Positions 1 through 8,947 of a stretch of DNA of 64,000 nt are shown here, one piece after another (position 1 is the first letter of the stretch; each line of letters opens with the position of its first letter). A program made the translations under genes and the position numbers. This DNA is from SAR202 cluster bacterium (GTDB taxonomy: Bacteria; Chloroflexota; Dehalococcoidia; Lucifugimonadales; UBA2962), in the NCBI GenBank assembly GCA_009392275.1, contig VFGV01000004.1, positions 290-64,289 of the forward strand, written 5' to 3'. The notes below the pieces were generated by a model that saw nothing but the letters and a program-made list of their open reading frames with translations, searched no databases and was not told where the DNA came from.

Positions 1-153
1 ATCTGGTTCATCTAAGCTAACCATGCTTAATTCATGTGAATTTATATCATATTTTATTGCCAAACTAATGCTAACTTCAGATGGTCCTGTACTGCCACTA
101 CAACCAATTATTAAGATAGATAACAATACAGAACAAAATATTAAAACCTTCAT
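1..153 (-). CDS. lipoprotein, N-terminal part only (gene runs off the window start)
   Basis: Hand translation of the minus strand from ATG at 153..151 gives MKVLIFCSVLLSILIIGCSGSTGPSEVSISLAIKYD... This is a signal peptide plus lipobox (LIIGC). The frame stays open to position 1. It is below the ORF-track size cutoff. Confidence 0.5.
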   Translation of the reverse strand, partial: MKVLIFCSVLLSILIIGCSGSTGPSEVSISLAIKYDINSHELSMVSLDEPD

Positions 154-220
154 GTAAAACCTTTATGTTTTTATATACTAATTATATGTCAATTAAGATT
201 AATGTATCCTACTAAATTAA

Positions 221-790
221 TCATCCAGGTCGATTTGGCTTAAAGTAAGTCCGAACGGCCAGCGCCAAAACAATTAGAAATATTATTAGACCAATAACCG
301 AAAATATGCCTACAATAGGACTCGATTCTTGGACTTTTACACCATAATATGCTTCGTGAAGCTTTCCGGAGTTTTCAATAACCACTTTAAATGACCAATT
401 TCCCTCCGCAGCAACAATAATGTCAACATCCCAAAACTCAGGGGCATCCATGAATTGATCAGCAAAAATTGGTTCGAAAGAACTGATTGAATCTCCGTCT
501 AAATTTAGAATCCTTCCAGATAGCTGAACGGTAGATTCATTCAAAGGAAGTCCACTTTGGACAGACACAATTCTTAAAGCAACATGGATTGGACCAGGTG
601 AAGGAGATCTTGGACTAGTTCCAAACTGAATTTCATAAGGACCGATAACCTGTTTTTTAAATACTGTTACTCCGCCATGAGCCTCAACATGATCGTAATT
701 CCAGAAAATTAATAAAATAGCAAATATAACAAGGTAAATAATATTTAACTTAGATAAATTAGCTAGCACAAATTTGCTCCATTTAAACAA
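221..790 (-). CDS. hypothetical bitopic membrane protein (N-terminal signal/anchor, C-terminal TM helix)
   Basis: 189-aa ORF with hydrophobic N-terminus (IIYLVIFAILLIF) and C-terminal TM (IVGIFSVIGLIIFLIVLALAV) flanking a soluble beta-rich domain. No family recognised. Confidence 0.5.
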   Translation of the reverse strand: MFKWSKFVLANLSKLNIIYLVIFAILLIFWNYDHVEAHGGVTVFKKQVIGPYEIQFGTSPRSPSPGPIHVALRIVSVQSGLPLNESTVQLSGRILNLDGDSISSFEPIFADQFMDAPEFWDVDIIVAAEGNWSFKVVIENSGKLHEAYYGVKVQESSPIVGIFSVIGLIIFLIVLALAVRTYFKPNRPG

Positions 791-854
791 AAGACTTAAT
801 CTGAATAAAACCTAATATGAACTTAAAACAATCCTTGATATTTAAGCACCATAT

Positions 855-2063
855 TTATTGGTTCGTTTCGAATTCAGATACTGTGTCGATGTCTTTATCA
901 CCTCTACCGCTCAAACCAAATAAAACAATGGATTCACTTGAAAGTTTGGGGGCAAATCTTGAAAGATATGCTATTCCATGCGCTGGTTCAAGAGCAGGTA
1001 TTATACCTTCAGTTTTGGTTAATAGTTTGAACCCTTGAATTGCTTCCTGATCTGTGACACTCACGTAATTAGCCCGACCCGCGTCTTTTAAGTAACTATG
1101 CTCAGGTCCTACGCCAGGGTAATCCAATCCAGCAGATATACTGTGAGCCGGCGAAACTTGGCCATCTTCATCTTGCAGCAAATAAGACATACTACCGTGC
1201 AAAACCCCTATTTCCCCATAAGTTAAAGTGGCTGCATGTTGCCCTTCTTCCTGCCCTAATCCACCAGCTTCAACTCCAATTAAATTTACTTCTTCATCTT
1301 CAATAAATTCATGAAATAACCCTATGGCATTACTACCACCGCCTACACATGCAATTACATAGTCAGGTAACCTACCAGACTGCTCGATAATTTGATCTTT
1401 CGATTCGGCACCTATAACTTTTTGAAAATCTCTCACGATTTCAGGGTAAGGATGAGGTCCAACAGCACTGCCAATAAGATAGTGAGTATCATCTACATTA
1501 GTAACCCAATCTCTTATTGCTTCATTAATAGCATCCTTAAGAGTTTTTGTTCCTGAAGTTACAGATCTAACTTCTGCGCCAAGAAGTTGCATTCTAAATA
1601 CATTTAGACGTTGTCTTATGATGTCTTCTTCTCCCATATACACTACGCAGTCGAATCCAAGCATTGCACATGCAGTCGCCGTGGCAACTCCATGTTGGCC
1701 AGCGCCAGTCTCAGCAATAATACGAGTTTTGCCCATCCTTTTGGCTAAAATAGCCTGCCCCAAAGCATTATTTATTTTATGAGCACCAGTGTGAGCCAAA
1801 TCTTCTCTTTTAAGATAAATCTTAGCCCCACCCAGATGTTCAGTTAAATTTTTAGCAAAATACATAGGGGTTGGACGCCCAACATAATTTTTTGCCAAAT
1901 CTTGAATCTCTGTTTTAAATTTATTATCTGATTTAGCACTTTCGTATTCTTTAGACAATTCATCTAAAGCTTGCATCAAAGTTTCTGGAACATACTGGCC
2001 ACCAAAAGATCCGTATCTACCTATAGGGTCTTGATTATTAATTTCAGGGGTTTTGTTAGCCAT
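855..2063 (-). CDS. trpB: tryptophan synthase beta chain
   Basis: 402 aa. Motifs [25 protein letters not shown] (PLP lysine) and GGGSNAIG are typical of TrpB. Confidence 0.95.
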   Translation of the reverse strand: MANKTPEINNQDPIGRYGSFGGQYVPETLMQALDELSKEYESAKSDNKFKTEIQDLAKNYVGRPTPMYFAKNLTEHLGGAKIYLKREDLAHTGAHKINNALGQAILAKRMGKTRIIAETGAGQHGVATATACAMLGFDCVVYMGEEDIIRQRLNVFRMQLLGAEVRSVTSGTKTLKDAINEAIRDWVTNVDDTHYLIGSAVGPHPYPEIVRDFQKVIGAESKDQIIEQSGRLPDYVIACVGGGSNAIGLFHEFIEDEEVNLIGVEAGGLGQEEGQHAATLTYGEIGVLHGSMSYLLQDEDGQVSPAHSISAGLDYPGVGPEHSYLKDAGRANYVSVTDQEAIQGFKLLTKTEGIIPALEPAHGIAYLSRFAPKLSSESIVLFGLSGRGDKDIDTVSEFETNQ

Positions 2064-2117
2064 AATTCACCTATCAATTAATTATATGATCCATTCAATT
2101 AGGTATAAACCTAATAT

Positions 2118-2825
2118 TTAAATCTTTAATCTCCATTTTTTCGTCCAGACCCAGCACTTATATAGACACAAAATAACGGACTGAACAACGGTAGAACCGA
2201 CAATCCACATAGTTGCATCAAAGAAAAATCCCTCTGGGAACATTATAAGCAACATGTCTTTCCGAGGATCAAGCTGCCAAAGATTATTATCAAAAGAAAT
2301 GATATGGAATGCTAAAAACAACTTATCAAAGCCAATCAAAGATAGTAACCCAACTAGTACCACTAAAGATAAAGTCAACATTCCACCCAACGCAATAAGT
2401 TCACCTAAAATACTTAGCCACCTGAACCTATATATTAGAAATCCCATACTAACAAAAGCTCCTATAAATATACCCAAATATATTTGGGTATCAAAAACTC
2501 CTTGTACTAAATCTTTAACATCCACCATGTGAGCAATTTCTTTTGCGTTATATAAGTTCCTTAAAACTCCATTTTGTACTACTCTCACCTGCAGTAATTC
2601 TTGATCATTATTGAAATAATCCCTAAAACGTTTTCCTGCCTTAATAAGCTCGGCGCGTTCAATACCGGTCCTAGCAGCAGTATCATATTTATCGAATCCG
2701 TAGGAATATAAGAGAGGTGTATCAATTACCCAACGGACATTAGAAGTAACCAGAAATACCGGTATACAAAGAATAAAAATTAATGTTAACAGTATTTTAA
2801 AAAATAACTTAAGGCGGTATGTCAT
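2118..2825 (-). CDS. TIGR01906/DUF1461-family integral membrane protein (Lit-like lipoprotein transacylase family)
   Basis: 235 aa and multi-TM. Motif FLAFHIISFDNNLWQLDP...MFPEGFF matches my memory of the DUF1461 signature. Confidence 0.6.
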   Translation of the reverse strand: MTYRLKLFFKILLTLIFILCIPVFLVTSNVRWVIDTPLLYSYGFDKYDTAARTGIERAELIKAGKRFRDYFNNDQELLQVRVVQNGVLRNLYNAKEIAHMVDVKDLVQGVFDTQIYLGIFIGAFVSMGFLIYRFRWLSILGELIALGGMLTLSLVVLVGLLSLIGFDKLFLAFHIISFDNNLWQLDPRKDMLLIMFPEGFFFDATMWIVGSTVVQSVILCLYKCWVWTKKWRLKI

Positions 2826-3629
2826 ATGAATATTTTAGAGACGAATTCCGAAAACGGATACCCTTCAACATTTAATGGACTCCTAAAACTTGTAGAAAAA
2901 TTGAGAGGTCCTGACGGATGTCCATGGGATCAAAAGCAAACCAGAGAATCATTTCGCAACCAGTTTCTTGAAGAGACATATGAGTTAATTGACGCATTGG
3001 ATGAAGGAGATAATGGGTCTATTTGTGAGGAATCAGGTGACGTTCTCCTACATATCGCTTTTCAAATCCAGTTAGCAAAAGAGTTGGATTTATTTTCAGA
3101 AACTCAGGTTTTCAAGAACATAATAGATAAACTAATCAATAGGCATCCTCATGTTTTCGAGGGTGCCGAAATCAAAGACGAGAAACATTTGCTAAAAAAC
3201 TGGGATGCCATTAAAAAGACCGAGAAAACTCATTCTAATTACAAATCAATTTTAGATGGTATTCCAAAAGCCATGTCATCTTTATCGGTATCTCAGAAAA
3301 TGCAAAAACGAGTAGAACGAGTAAACTTTGATTGGAAAGATGTAGATGGAGTTTTAAAGAAAATTTCGGAAGAGATTTCAGAGTTTAATAAAAGCGAGAC
3401 AGACGCCGACAGAGAACATGAATTAGGAGATATTCTGTTCTCTATTGTGAATCTATGCAGATGGAATAATATAGATGCTGAATCTGCTTTAAGAAAATCA
3501 AATAAAAGATTTGAAGAACGTTTCAAGTTCATAGAAGAGTCTTGTGAAAAACAGGGTAAATCAGTTGATGGGCTTTCTTTATCAGAACAAGATGATCTAT
3601 GGGAAAAGGCAAAATTAGAAAATAATTAA
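2826..3629 (+). CDS. mazG: nucleoside triphosphate pyrophosphohydrolase MazG
   Basis: 267 aa. LRGPDGCPWDQKQT motif and tandem MazG EExxE/D-type helices (FLEETYELIDAL; ISEEISEF). Confidence 0.9.
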   Translation: MNILETNSENGYPSTFNGLLKLVEKLRGPDGCPWDQKQTRESFRNQFLEETYELIDALDEGDNGSICEESGDVLLHIAFQIQLAKELDLFSETQVFKNIIDKLINRHPHVFEGAEIKDEKHLLKNWDAIKKTEKTHSNYKSILDGIPKAMSSLSVSQKMQKRVERVNFDWKDVDGVLKKISEEISEFNKSETDADREHELGDILFSIVNLCRWNNIDAESALRKSNKRFEERFKFIEESCEKQGKSVDGLSLSEQDDLWEKAKLENN

Positions 3630-3676
3630 TCTAATAATCAAATTGGGCTGTTGTGTTCAAAAATGAGATTGAAAGA

Positions 3677-3925
3677 TTAATCGCCATAAATTCTGCCTCT
3701 GACAAAACTTAATACTTCCTGTGATATTTCTATCGCTTTTAGTGATTCATCTTCAGAGTATGCATTTATCGAGGTGCCTCCAGGTAGATAAGATGGATAT
3801 CTAGTCGAAAAATAGTACTTATCCAATAGAATAGCAACCGATTTTATCATTTCAAAACTGGGGTCAAAATCTTTAGCATCCTCACATAAATCAGTATCTG
3901 ACGTAATCAGACCATATCCTTGTTT
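3677..3925 (-). pseudogene. HEPN-domain relic (C-terminal half only; intact sub-ORF 3677..3850, 57 aa)
   Basis: Hand translation gives MIKSVAILLDKYYFSTRYPSYLPGGTSINAYSEDESLKAIEISQEVLSFVRGRIYGD*. It carries the HEPN-type LDKYYxxTRYP signature. The frame is open upstream to a stop at 3926-3928 with no start codon, and it overlaps the sppA 3' end. No partner nucleotidyltransferase gene is present. Confidence 0.5.
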
Positions 3926-4685
3926 CTAACTCATTTACAGTTGAATCGACCAGAGATGATGACAATGATCCAGTAATTTTTTGCATCAAGGATTTCTTTG
4001 GTCCTAATGTGACTACTTTCCTTTTGCAGTTGGCTAATTCAGCTGCCGTATCAATCGCTGTATCCAAAGTCCCTAATTTATCAACCAAACCATTTTCTAA
4101 AGCCGCAGCGCCCCAGAACACTTCACCATTTGCTAGGTTTTCAACTTCAGTCTTAGGTAGGCCTCTGGCATTCATAACCACATCTACAAACCGTTTATAT
4201 GATTCATCAACAAAACTTTGAAGTTTAATTTCCTCTTCTTTTGTAGTAGGTCTCCAATATGCACCCATGTCTTTATAAAGCCCTGTCTTTGTTACATTGA
4301 CATCTATACCAGCTTTTTTTAATAACTCTTCCACCATAGGCCTTATAGAAATAACCCCAATTGAACCAATAATAGCTCCTGGAGAGGCCACTATGGTGCG
4401 CCCTGCACAAGCTATTAGATATGCTCCTGAAGCTCCCAATCCTCTTACATTAGAAACTATTGGCTTATCCGATCCAAACCTGGATAAAACATGATATATG
4501 TATTCTGAGTCGGTAACGGTTCCTCCCGGAGAATCAATATCTAAAACTAATGCTTTACATGATTTGTCCTTCCGTAACCTCTCAATTAACTTTTCGTAAA
4601 CAGGAGATTTTATTGATCCACCAATTTTTCCAAAAAGCTGTATCACTACTATTTTCCCTGGCCTTAGATTAAATTTAATACCCAT
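3891..4685 (-). CDS. sppA: signal peptide peptidase SppA, 36K type (S49)
   Basis: 264 aa. DSPGG, GASGAYLIA (serine nucleophile context) and the ClpP/crotonase-like fold pattern. Confidence 0.85.
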   Translation of the reverse strand: MGIKFNLRPGKIVVIQLFGKIGGSIKSPVYEKLIERLRKDKSCKALVLDIDSPGGTVTDSEYIYHVLSRFGSDKPIVSNVRGLGASGAYLIACAGRTIVASPGAIIGSIGVISIRPMVEELLKKAGIDVNVTKTGLYKDMGAYWRPTTKEEEIKLQSFVDESYKRFVDVVMNARGLPKTEVENLANGEVFWGAAALENGLVDKLGTLDTAIDTAAELANCKRKVVTLGPKKSLMQKITGSLSSSLVDSTVNELETRIWSDYVRY

Positions 4686-4790
4686 ATCAGTGATTTTATA
4701 TTATGGTCAGTAGAAACAAGCAATTATGAAATACGTTGAACATCGTAGTTTGTGAAATTTAAAATCCCTTTAAAGTAATGGTGTTGAAAA

Positions 4791-5699
4791 TTGGCTTCTG
4801 AAGATAATTTACATTTATTAGAAATTGAAACTGAATTGAAGTTGCTTGCTAAAGAAGCTGGGAAAACCCTGCTTACTTATTTTGGCAAACCAATTCATAT
4901 TGAATACAAAGATAGTGCTCAAACTGATCCAGTTACTGAAGCCGATAAAACTGTCCAGGATTTATTAAAAACATCTATCCTTAAGTCTTTTCCAGATCAC
5001 GCGGTAATAGGTGAAGAAGATCAAACAGGAACGAATAAAACAATACCTAAGTACGTTTGGGTTATCGACCCATTAGATGGCACGAGAAATTTTTCCAATG
5101 GACTTAGGATATTTGCATGTTCTATTGGTGTTTTACGTGATGGGATTCCAATCGCTGGAGCAATATTTATTCCCACTGGGAACAAGGGAGGGGACATTGT
5201 TCATGCTGTTATTGGTAAAGGTGCTTATTTAAATGATACGGCTATAAAAATTCCAGATAGAGGTTCACCAGAGTCTGCAAGCTTGGTAGGTCTACCAGGC
5301 TCTTTCCATAACTATTATCAATTTACCAACAGGATTAAAGGCGAGCCTAGAATATTAGGTAGTATTGCATACGAACTAGCCATGGTTGCAACGGGTGTTC
5401 TGCAATATTCTGCACTACTTGGTTCATTGGCAATATGGGATGTGGCGGCAGGACTAATAATCATCAAAGAGGCCGGAGGAAACATAAAAGTAGGAAATAA
5501 AGGTAAAACGAAGGTCATATGGTCCGACTTTAATTCATTCTACAAACAATCAGCAAAAAATAATGTTGATGTAGCTACACTACGTAAATGGCACGCACCT
5601 TTGATTTTTGGAGCGACCGGGATAGTAAACCTCATTTGCCAAAATCTTGAATACAAATTTAGCTGGAAAAGGAGTCTGAAAAACTTATTTAAAATCTAA
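4791..5699 (+). CDS. inositol monophosphatase family protein
   Basis: 302 aa. GEED...WVIDPLDGTRNF metal-binding motif and a later WDVAAG motif. TTG start as given in the track. Confidence 0.85.
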   Translation: MASEDNLHLLEIETELKLLAKEAGKTLLTYFGKPIHIEYKDSAQTDPVTEADKTVQDLLKTSILKSFPDHAVIGEEDQTGTNKTIPKYVWVIDPLDGTRNFSNGLRIFACSIGVLRDGIPIAGAIFIPTGNKGGDIVHAVIGKGAYLNDTAIKIPDRGSPESASLVGLPGSFHNYYQFTNRIKGEPRILGSIAYELAMVATGVLQYSALLGSLAIWDVAAGLIIIKEAGGNIKVGNKGKTKVIWSDFNSFYKQSAKNNVDVATLRKWHAPLIFGATGIVNLICQNLEYKFSWKRSLKNLFKI

Positions 5700-5746
5700 T
5701 TTTTAAATGTTTTTGTTTATTATTTAAAGCATTGATGATCGGTGTA

Positions 5747-6499
5747 TTAAACAAGTGGCCAAGGAACATCAAAATAAGGGTCTAGCACCGGATGTTGAGG
5801 GTTTTCAATAATAAGTTGCAATCTGGAGATTAAAGCATCAATCTCAACGTTACTAATTTGTTCTGCCAATATATCGTACGGCGCCTGCTTGCTTTCCAGC
5901 TGAAACACTAAACTTTTTACGTCATCAATAAATTCTTTAGGAACTGATTTTCCACAATACTCAAACATTACTGTGCGTAATTTAAATTCATTATGGAATG
6001 TTAAACCATGGTCAATACTCCAAATCTTACCTTTTAAGTCCTCTATTAAATGGCCACCTTTTCTGTCTCCATTATTGACTAAAAAGTCGAAAAGAGAGAC
6101 TGAAGCCATATCTGCTAATCTATTTACCCTTAAAGTAAAATAGTTTTTATTTGGGTCAAAATGAACAAAACGCTGTAATGTTCCTATTCCCAAAGGACCT
6201 TCTCGAAGTACTGTTAAAGGTATATTCGGCCATCCTAAAAATTGAGACATTAAAAAAGTAGCATATTCTCTTCGATATAATGTTTTATCTGGGTAATCAT
6301 ATAATGGCCTTTCTCCTTCCCTCGGCTTGTATATCGCTCTCATTATCTTTCCGTCATACGCCTCCAAATTGACTAGAAAAGTACTATTTGAGCCAATCAA
6401 TAATTCTCCACCTGAAACGATTTTAGCCGACTCCAATAGTTGTTTAGCAATTAAGAAAGGAGGGTCAATCACGTTTTCTGATTTTCCTTCAACTGACAT
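5747..6499 (-). CDS. SCO1664-family protein (PI3/PI4-kinase-like catalytic core)
   Basis: 250 aa. NNGDRKGGHLIED...IWSIDHGLTF resembles the PI3/4-kinase catalytic (DRHxxN) and activation (DxG) loops. It pairs with a DUF3090 gene, as described for this family. Confidence 0.7.
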   Translation of the reverse strand: MSVEGKSENVIDPPFLIAKQLLESAKIVSGGELLIGSNSTFLVNLEAYDGKIMRAIYKPREGERPLYDYPDKTLYRREYATFLMSQFLGWPNIPLTVLREGPLGIGTLQRFVHFDPNKNYFTLRVNRLADMASVSLFDFLVNNGDRKGGHLIEDLKGKIWSIDHGLTFHNEFKLRTVMFEYCGKSVPKEFIDDVKSLVFQLESKQAPYDILAEQISNVEIDALISRLQLIIENPQHPVLDPYFDVPWPLV

Positions 6500-6552
6500 T
6501 AATTTCAGTCATCCCAGAGATCCGAAAATACTGACATTTAAACTAAAAATCC

Positions 6553-7098
6553 TTAAATCTTTTGTAATTCATCTGTTGTATGGTTTCCATTTCTTCGTGG
6601 ACATTTGTGACCACCTTCCTCGGGTGGGTCAACTGGTGCACCGCACAGGTTACAAAGAGGCCGGCCGGCTGCGCAAATTCGCATGGCTTGATCTGCGAAT
6701 GAATCCGCCTGAGATCTATTTACCCATAATCTCAAATCAGGTGTATCATCTTCACCTTCGACACTATCTGCATCATTGAACTCTATTAAAAACATTCCGC
6801 TTGCGTCGTCATGTTTCAATGCCAAGCGAATTATTTTAAAATCTAACTTGGTCATATCAGGAGCCTCAAATTGGCTAGGTGAAACACCAGATGCTGCTGC
6901 ATCTTCCCCTTCCACTACAGATTCAGTCAATTGTTTTACTGACAACGAGAGCTGTAGTAAATGTTCTTTTTCAATCCATATTGAGGCAACACTATTATTA
7001 CTTTCTACGATAATACGAAATGTGCGCTTGCCAGGCCTACCTAAAGCTTCAGCCTCAAGTCGCGATATTTGAGTAAATTCGAATTTAGAATAAGACAT
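6553..7098 (-). CDS. DUF3090-family protein
   Basis: 181 aa. GRPGKRTFRI near the N-terminus and a C-terminal CNLCGAPVDP..GHKCPRRNGNH zinc-knuckle-like tail. Confidence 0.7.
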   Translation of the reverse strand: MSYSKFEFTQISRLEAEALGRPGKRTFRIIVESNNSVASIWIEKEHLLQLSLSVKQLTESVVEGEDAAASGVSPSQFEAPDMTKLDFKIIRLALKHDDASGMFLIEFNDADSVEGEDDTPDLRLWVNRSQADSFADQAMRICAAGRPLCNLCGAPVDPPEEGGHKCPRRNGNHTTDELQKI

Positions 7099-7292
7099 TT
7101 AATACTATGATAACACTGACTTAATTTGCTAAGCGATCTTACGTTGTGAGTTGGGCTAAAATTTGAGTTTTATCCTAAGGCTTGATTAATACAAGTCAAT
7201 TCTACCAATATAAAACCGGTCAATTTTGTTGACTGAATTGGCAAAAAGGGTTAAAAGTTCAGCAAACAACCAAAGTTTTACAGGAGGTTTAA

Positions 7293-7565
7293 ATGAATAT
7301 TTGTTATACATCAACGTTTGAGGGTACTTTTGAGGACTTCAATTCTGTAATGTCTCAACTTCGGGCGGAATTCCCTGGCATTACTGACGCAACTGAAAGT
7401 GCTGAAATTAAAATTGACAAGGAAGGCTGGTGTAAAGTAATTACAATCGCTAACGTCGTGGCTTTTGACAAAATGCGAGAACTGATGGCCTCACCGAAAG
7501 TAGCAGAGTGGGATAAGAAATATAACAACACAGATGTAGTCTACAAGTTAGAACGAATCAATTAA
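7293..7565 (+). CDS. small hypothetical protein (90 aa)
   Basis: Strong SD (caGGAGGtttaa) directly upstream of the ATG. Non-repetitive composition. No family recognised with confidence. Confidence 0.6.
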   Translation: MNICYTSTFEGTFEDFNSVMSQLRAEFPGITDATESAEIKIDKEGWCKVITIANVVAFDKMRELMASPKVAEWDKKYNNTDVVYKLERIN

Positions 7566-7780
7566 TAAAAGATAGCGAATAGCTTGCGTATGGTCCTTGA
7601 CACCCTACGCTTTAATAGTGAGGGGGGCGTTCGTAATCTCTCGATTCTATAGGCTCAACCTTCTGTCCTTGGTCCATGTAGTTGCCATTTTTAATTTGGT
7701 GCCTGATTACGGATTCATTAGTTTTACGCACATGACTCCAAGTCCATTTCCAAATCTTGATAAAAATAAATCGGGTTAGC

Positions 7781-8947
7781 TTAATAGGTATAATTTGGTC
7801 CTTTTTGGAAAGGGTATTGTTTTTCTAATCCTTCTCTTAGGGTGAATCCCAGTCCCGGACGATCAGGAGCATGTACATATCCATTTTTTATTTCAAAAGG
7901 TTCAACGAATAATTCCCAGTTTAGCGGTGAATTACTCTGAGAAACTTCAAAAATAAAACAATTTGGAGCATGCATAGCCAAATGGATGCTAGCCGCAAAT
8001 GTAACTCCACTACCCCAAACATGTGGTGCATAACGAATGTTGTATGTACTTGCTAGGGAGGCAATTCTTCTGTTTTCGGTTATTCCACCAGACATAGCCA
8101 CATCAGGCTGTACTATGTCAACCGATCTATTTCTTAACAAATCGAGTATTTCATACCGGGTGGACTCACTTTCTCCGGACGAAATTGGAACCGAGGTGCT
8201 TTTTCTAACCTCGGCTTGGCCAATATGATCGTCATAAGAGACAGGTTCCTCAAACCAATCCACATCATATTCTTCGAGAATTTTGGCTACCCTTTTTGCT
8301 GTGGAAACATCAAATGACCCGTGGGCATCCACCATCAACTCAATGTCAGGGCCCAAAGCTTTTCGCGCAGACCCAACTCTAGTCCTAAGTTTTGTATATG
8401 AGAACCCATCTATACCTTCAGCTCTCATCTTTACAGCGCTAAAACCTTTAGCGGCATATTGCGCCATTTCTTCTCCAGCTTTATTTCCTGGAGCCCAGCC
8501 CCCGGAAGCATATCCTCTCACTCTACTTCTTGATGCACCCAAAATTTGATAAATAGGCTTTTCAAAAAATTTTCCTAGAATATCCCATAACGCAATGTCG
8601 ATACCAGCGATAGCACACAATGTATCGCCGCGACGACTAAACGTCGGTTGTGAAACACCCCTACTTAAGCTCGGCTTACCACGTGATCCGCTATACATTT
8701 TTTCCCACAGGCCTTCTACATATAAAGGATTCTCTCCAACTAGAGATGGTTTTAATTGAGTTTCTACAATAGATTTAACAACTTCAGCATTGCCGAACCC
8801 AATTCCAACTCCTGTTATTTCATTATCAGTTTCAACATGAATCAGACAATTATCTGATTTGGTAGCAACTCCTAAGTCAGTGCGCCACCTTTTGTCCTCT
8901 GGTATTGGAAAAGACAGTAAAGTTGTTTTAATATCAGTTATTTTCAT
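7781..8947 (-). CDS. enolase-superfamily enzyme (mandelate racemase/muconate lactonizing enzyme family)
   Basis: 388 aa. LMVDAHGSF, DWFEEP, SGES and DIVQPDV metal-ligand/barrel motifs. The start overlaps the upstream stop (TAATG). Confidence 0.85.
   Translation of the reverse strand: MKITDIKTTLLSFPIPEDKRWRTDLGVATKSDNCLIHVETDNEITGVGIGFGNAEVVKSIVETQLKPSLVGENPLYVEGLWEKMYSGSRGKPSLSRGVSQPTFSRRGDTLCAIAGIDIALWDILGKFFEKPIYQILGASRSRVRGYASGGWAPGNKAGEEMAQYAAKGFSAVKMRAEGIDGFSYTKLRTRVGSARKALGPDIELMVDAHGSFDVSTAKRVAKILEEYDVDWFEEPVSYDDHIGQAEVRKSTSVPISSGESESTRYEILDLLRNRSVDIVQPDVAMSGGITENRRIASLASTYNIRYAPHVWGSGVTFAASIHLAMHAPNCFIFEVSQSNSPLNWELFVEPFEIKNGYVHAPDRPGLGFTLREGLEKQYPFQKGPNYTY

Noticed and set aside
817-1038. 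Many 60-180 aa ORFs in the track lie antisense to, or out of frame within, long well-supported genes. Examples are 817..1038, 2254..2532, 6327..6779, 6776..7072, 28583..28984, 30063..30440, 35491..35925, 40778..41119 and 58089..58631.
   Set aside because: They are fully embedded in genes with strong family motifs. They have low-complexity or Ser/Pro/Thr-rich shadow-frame composition and no SD. I treat them as frame shadows, not genes.
855-2063. trpB without an adjacent trpA or other trp genes.
   Set aside because: Dispersed trp genes are common in many lineages, and the sequence is a normal TrpB. Not unusual enough to report.
7597-7779. A 60-aa plus-strand ORF in the 215-nt spacer after the 90-aa gene. 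On the minus strand there is an open frame (…RFIFIKIWKWTWSHVRKTNESVIRHQIKNGNYMDQGQKVEPIESRDYERPPHY*).
   Set aside because: The plus ORF has no SD and an implausible hydrophobic/aromatic composition. The minus frame has no start codon before an internal Met that would leave only 21 aa. No recognisable family. It could hide a decayed gene, but I cannot support it.
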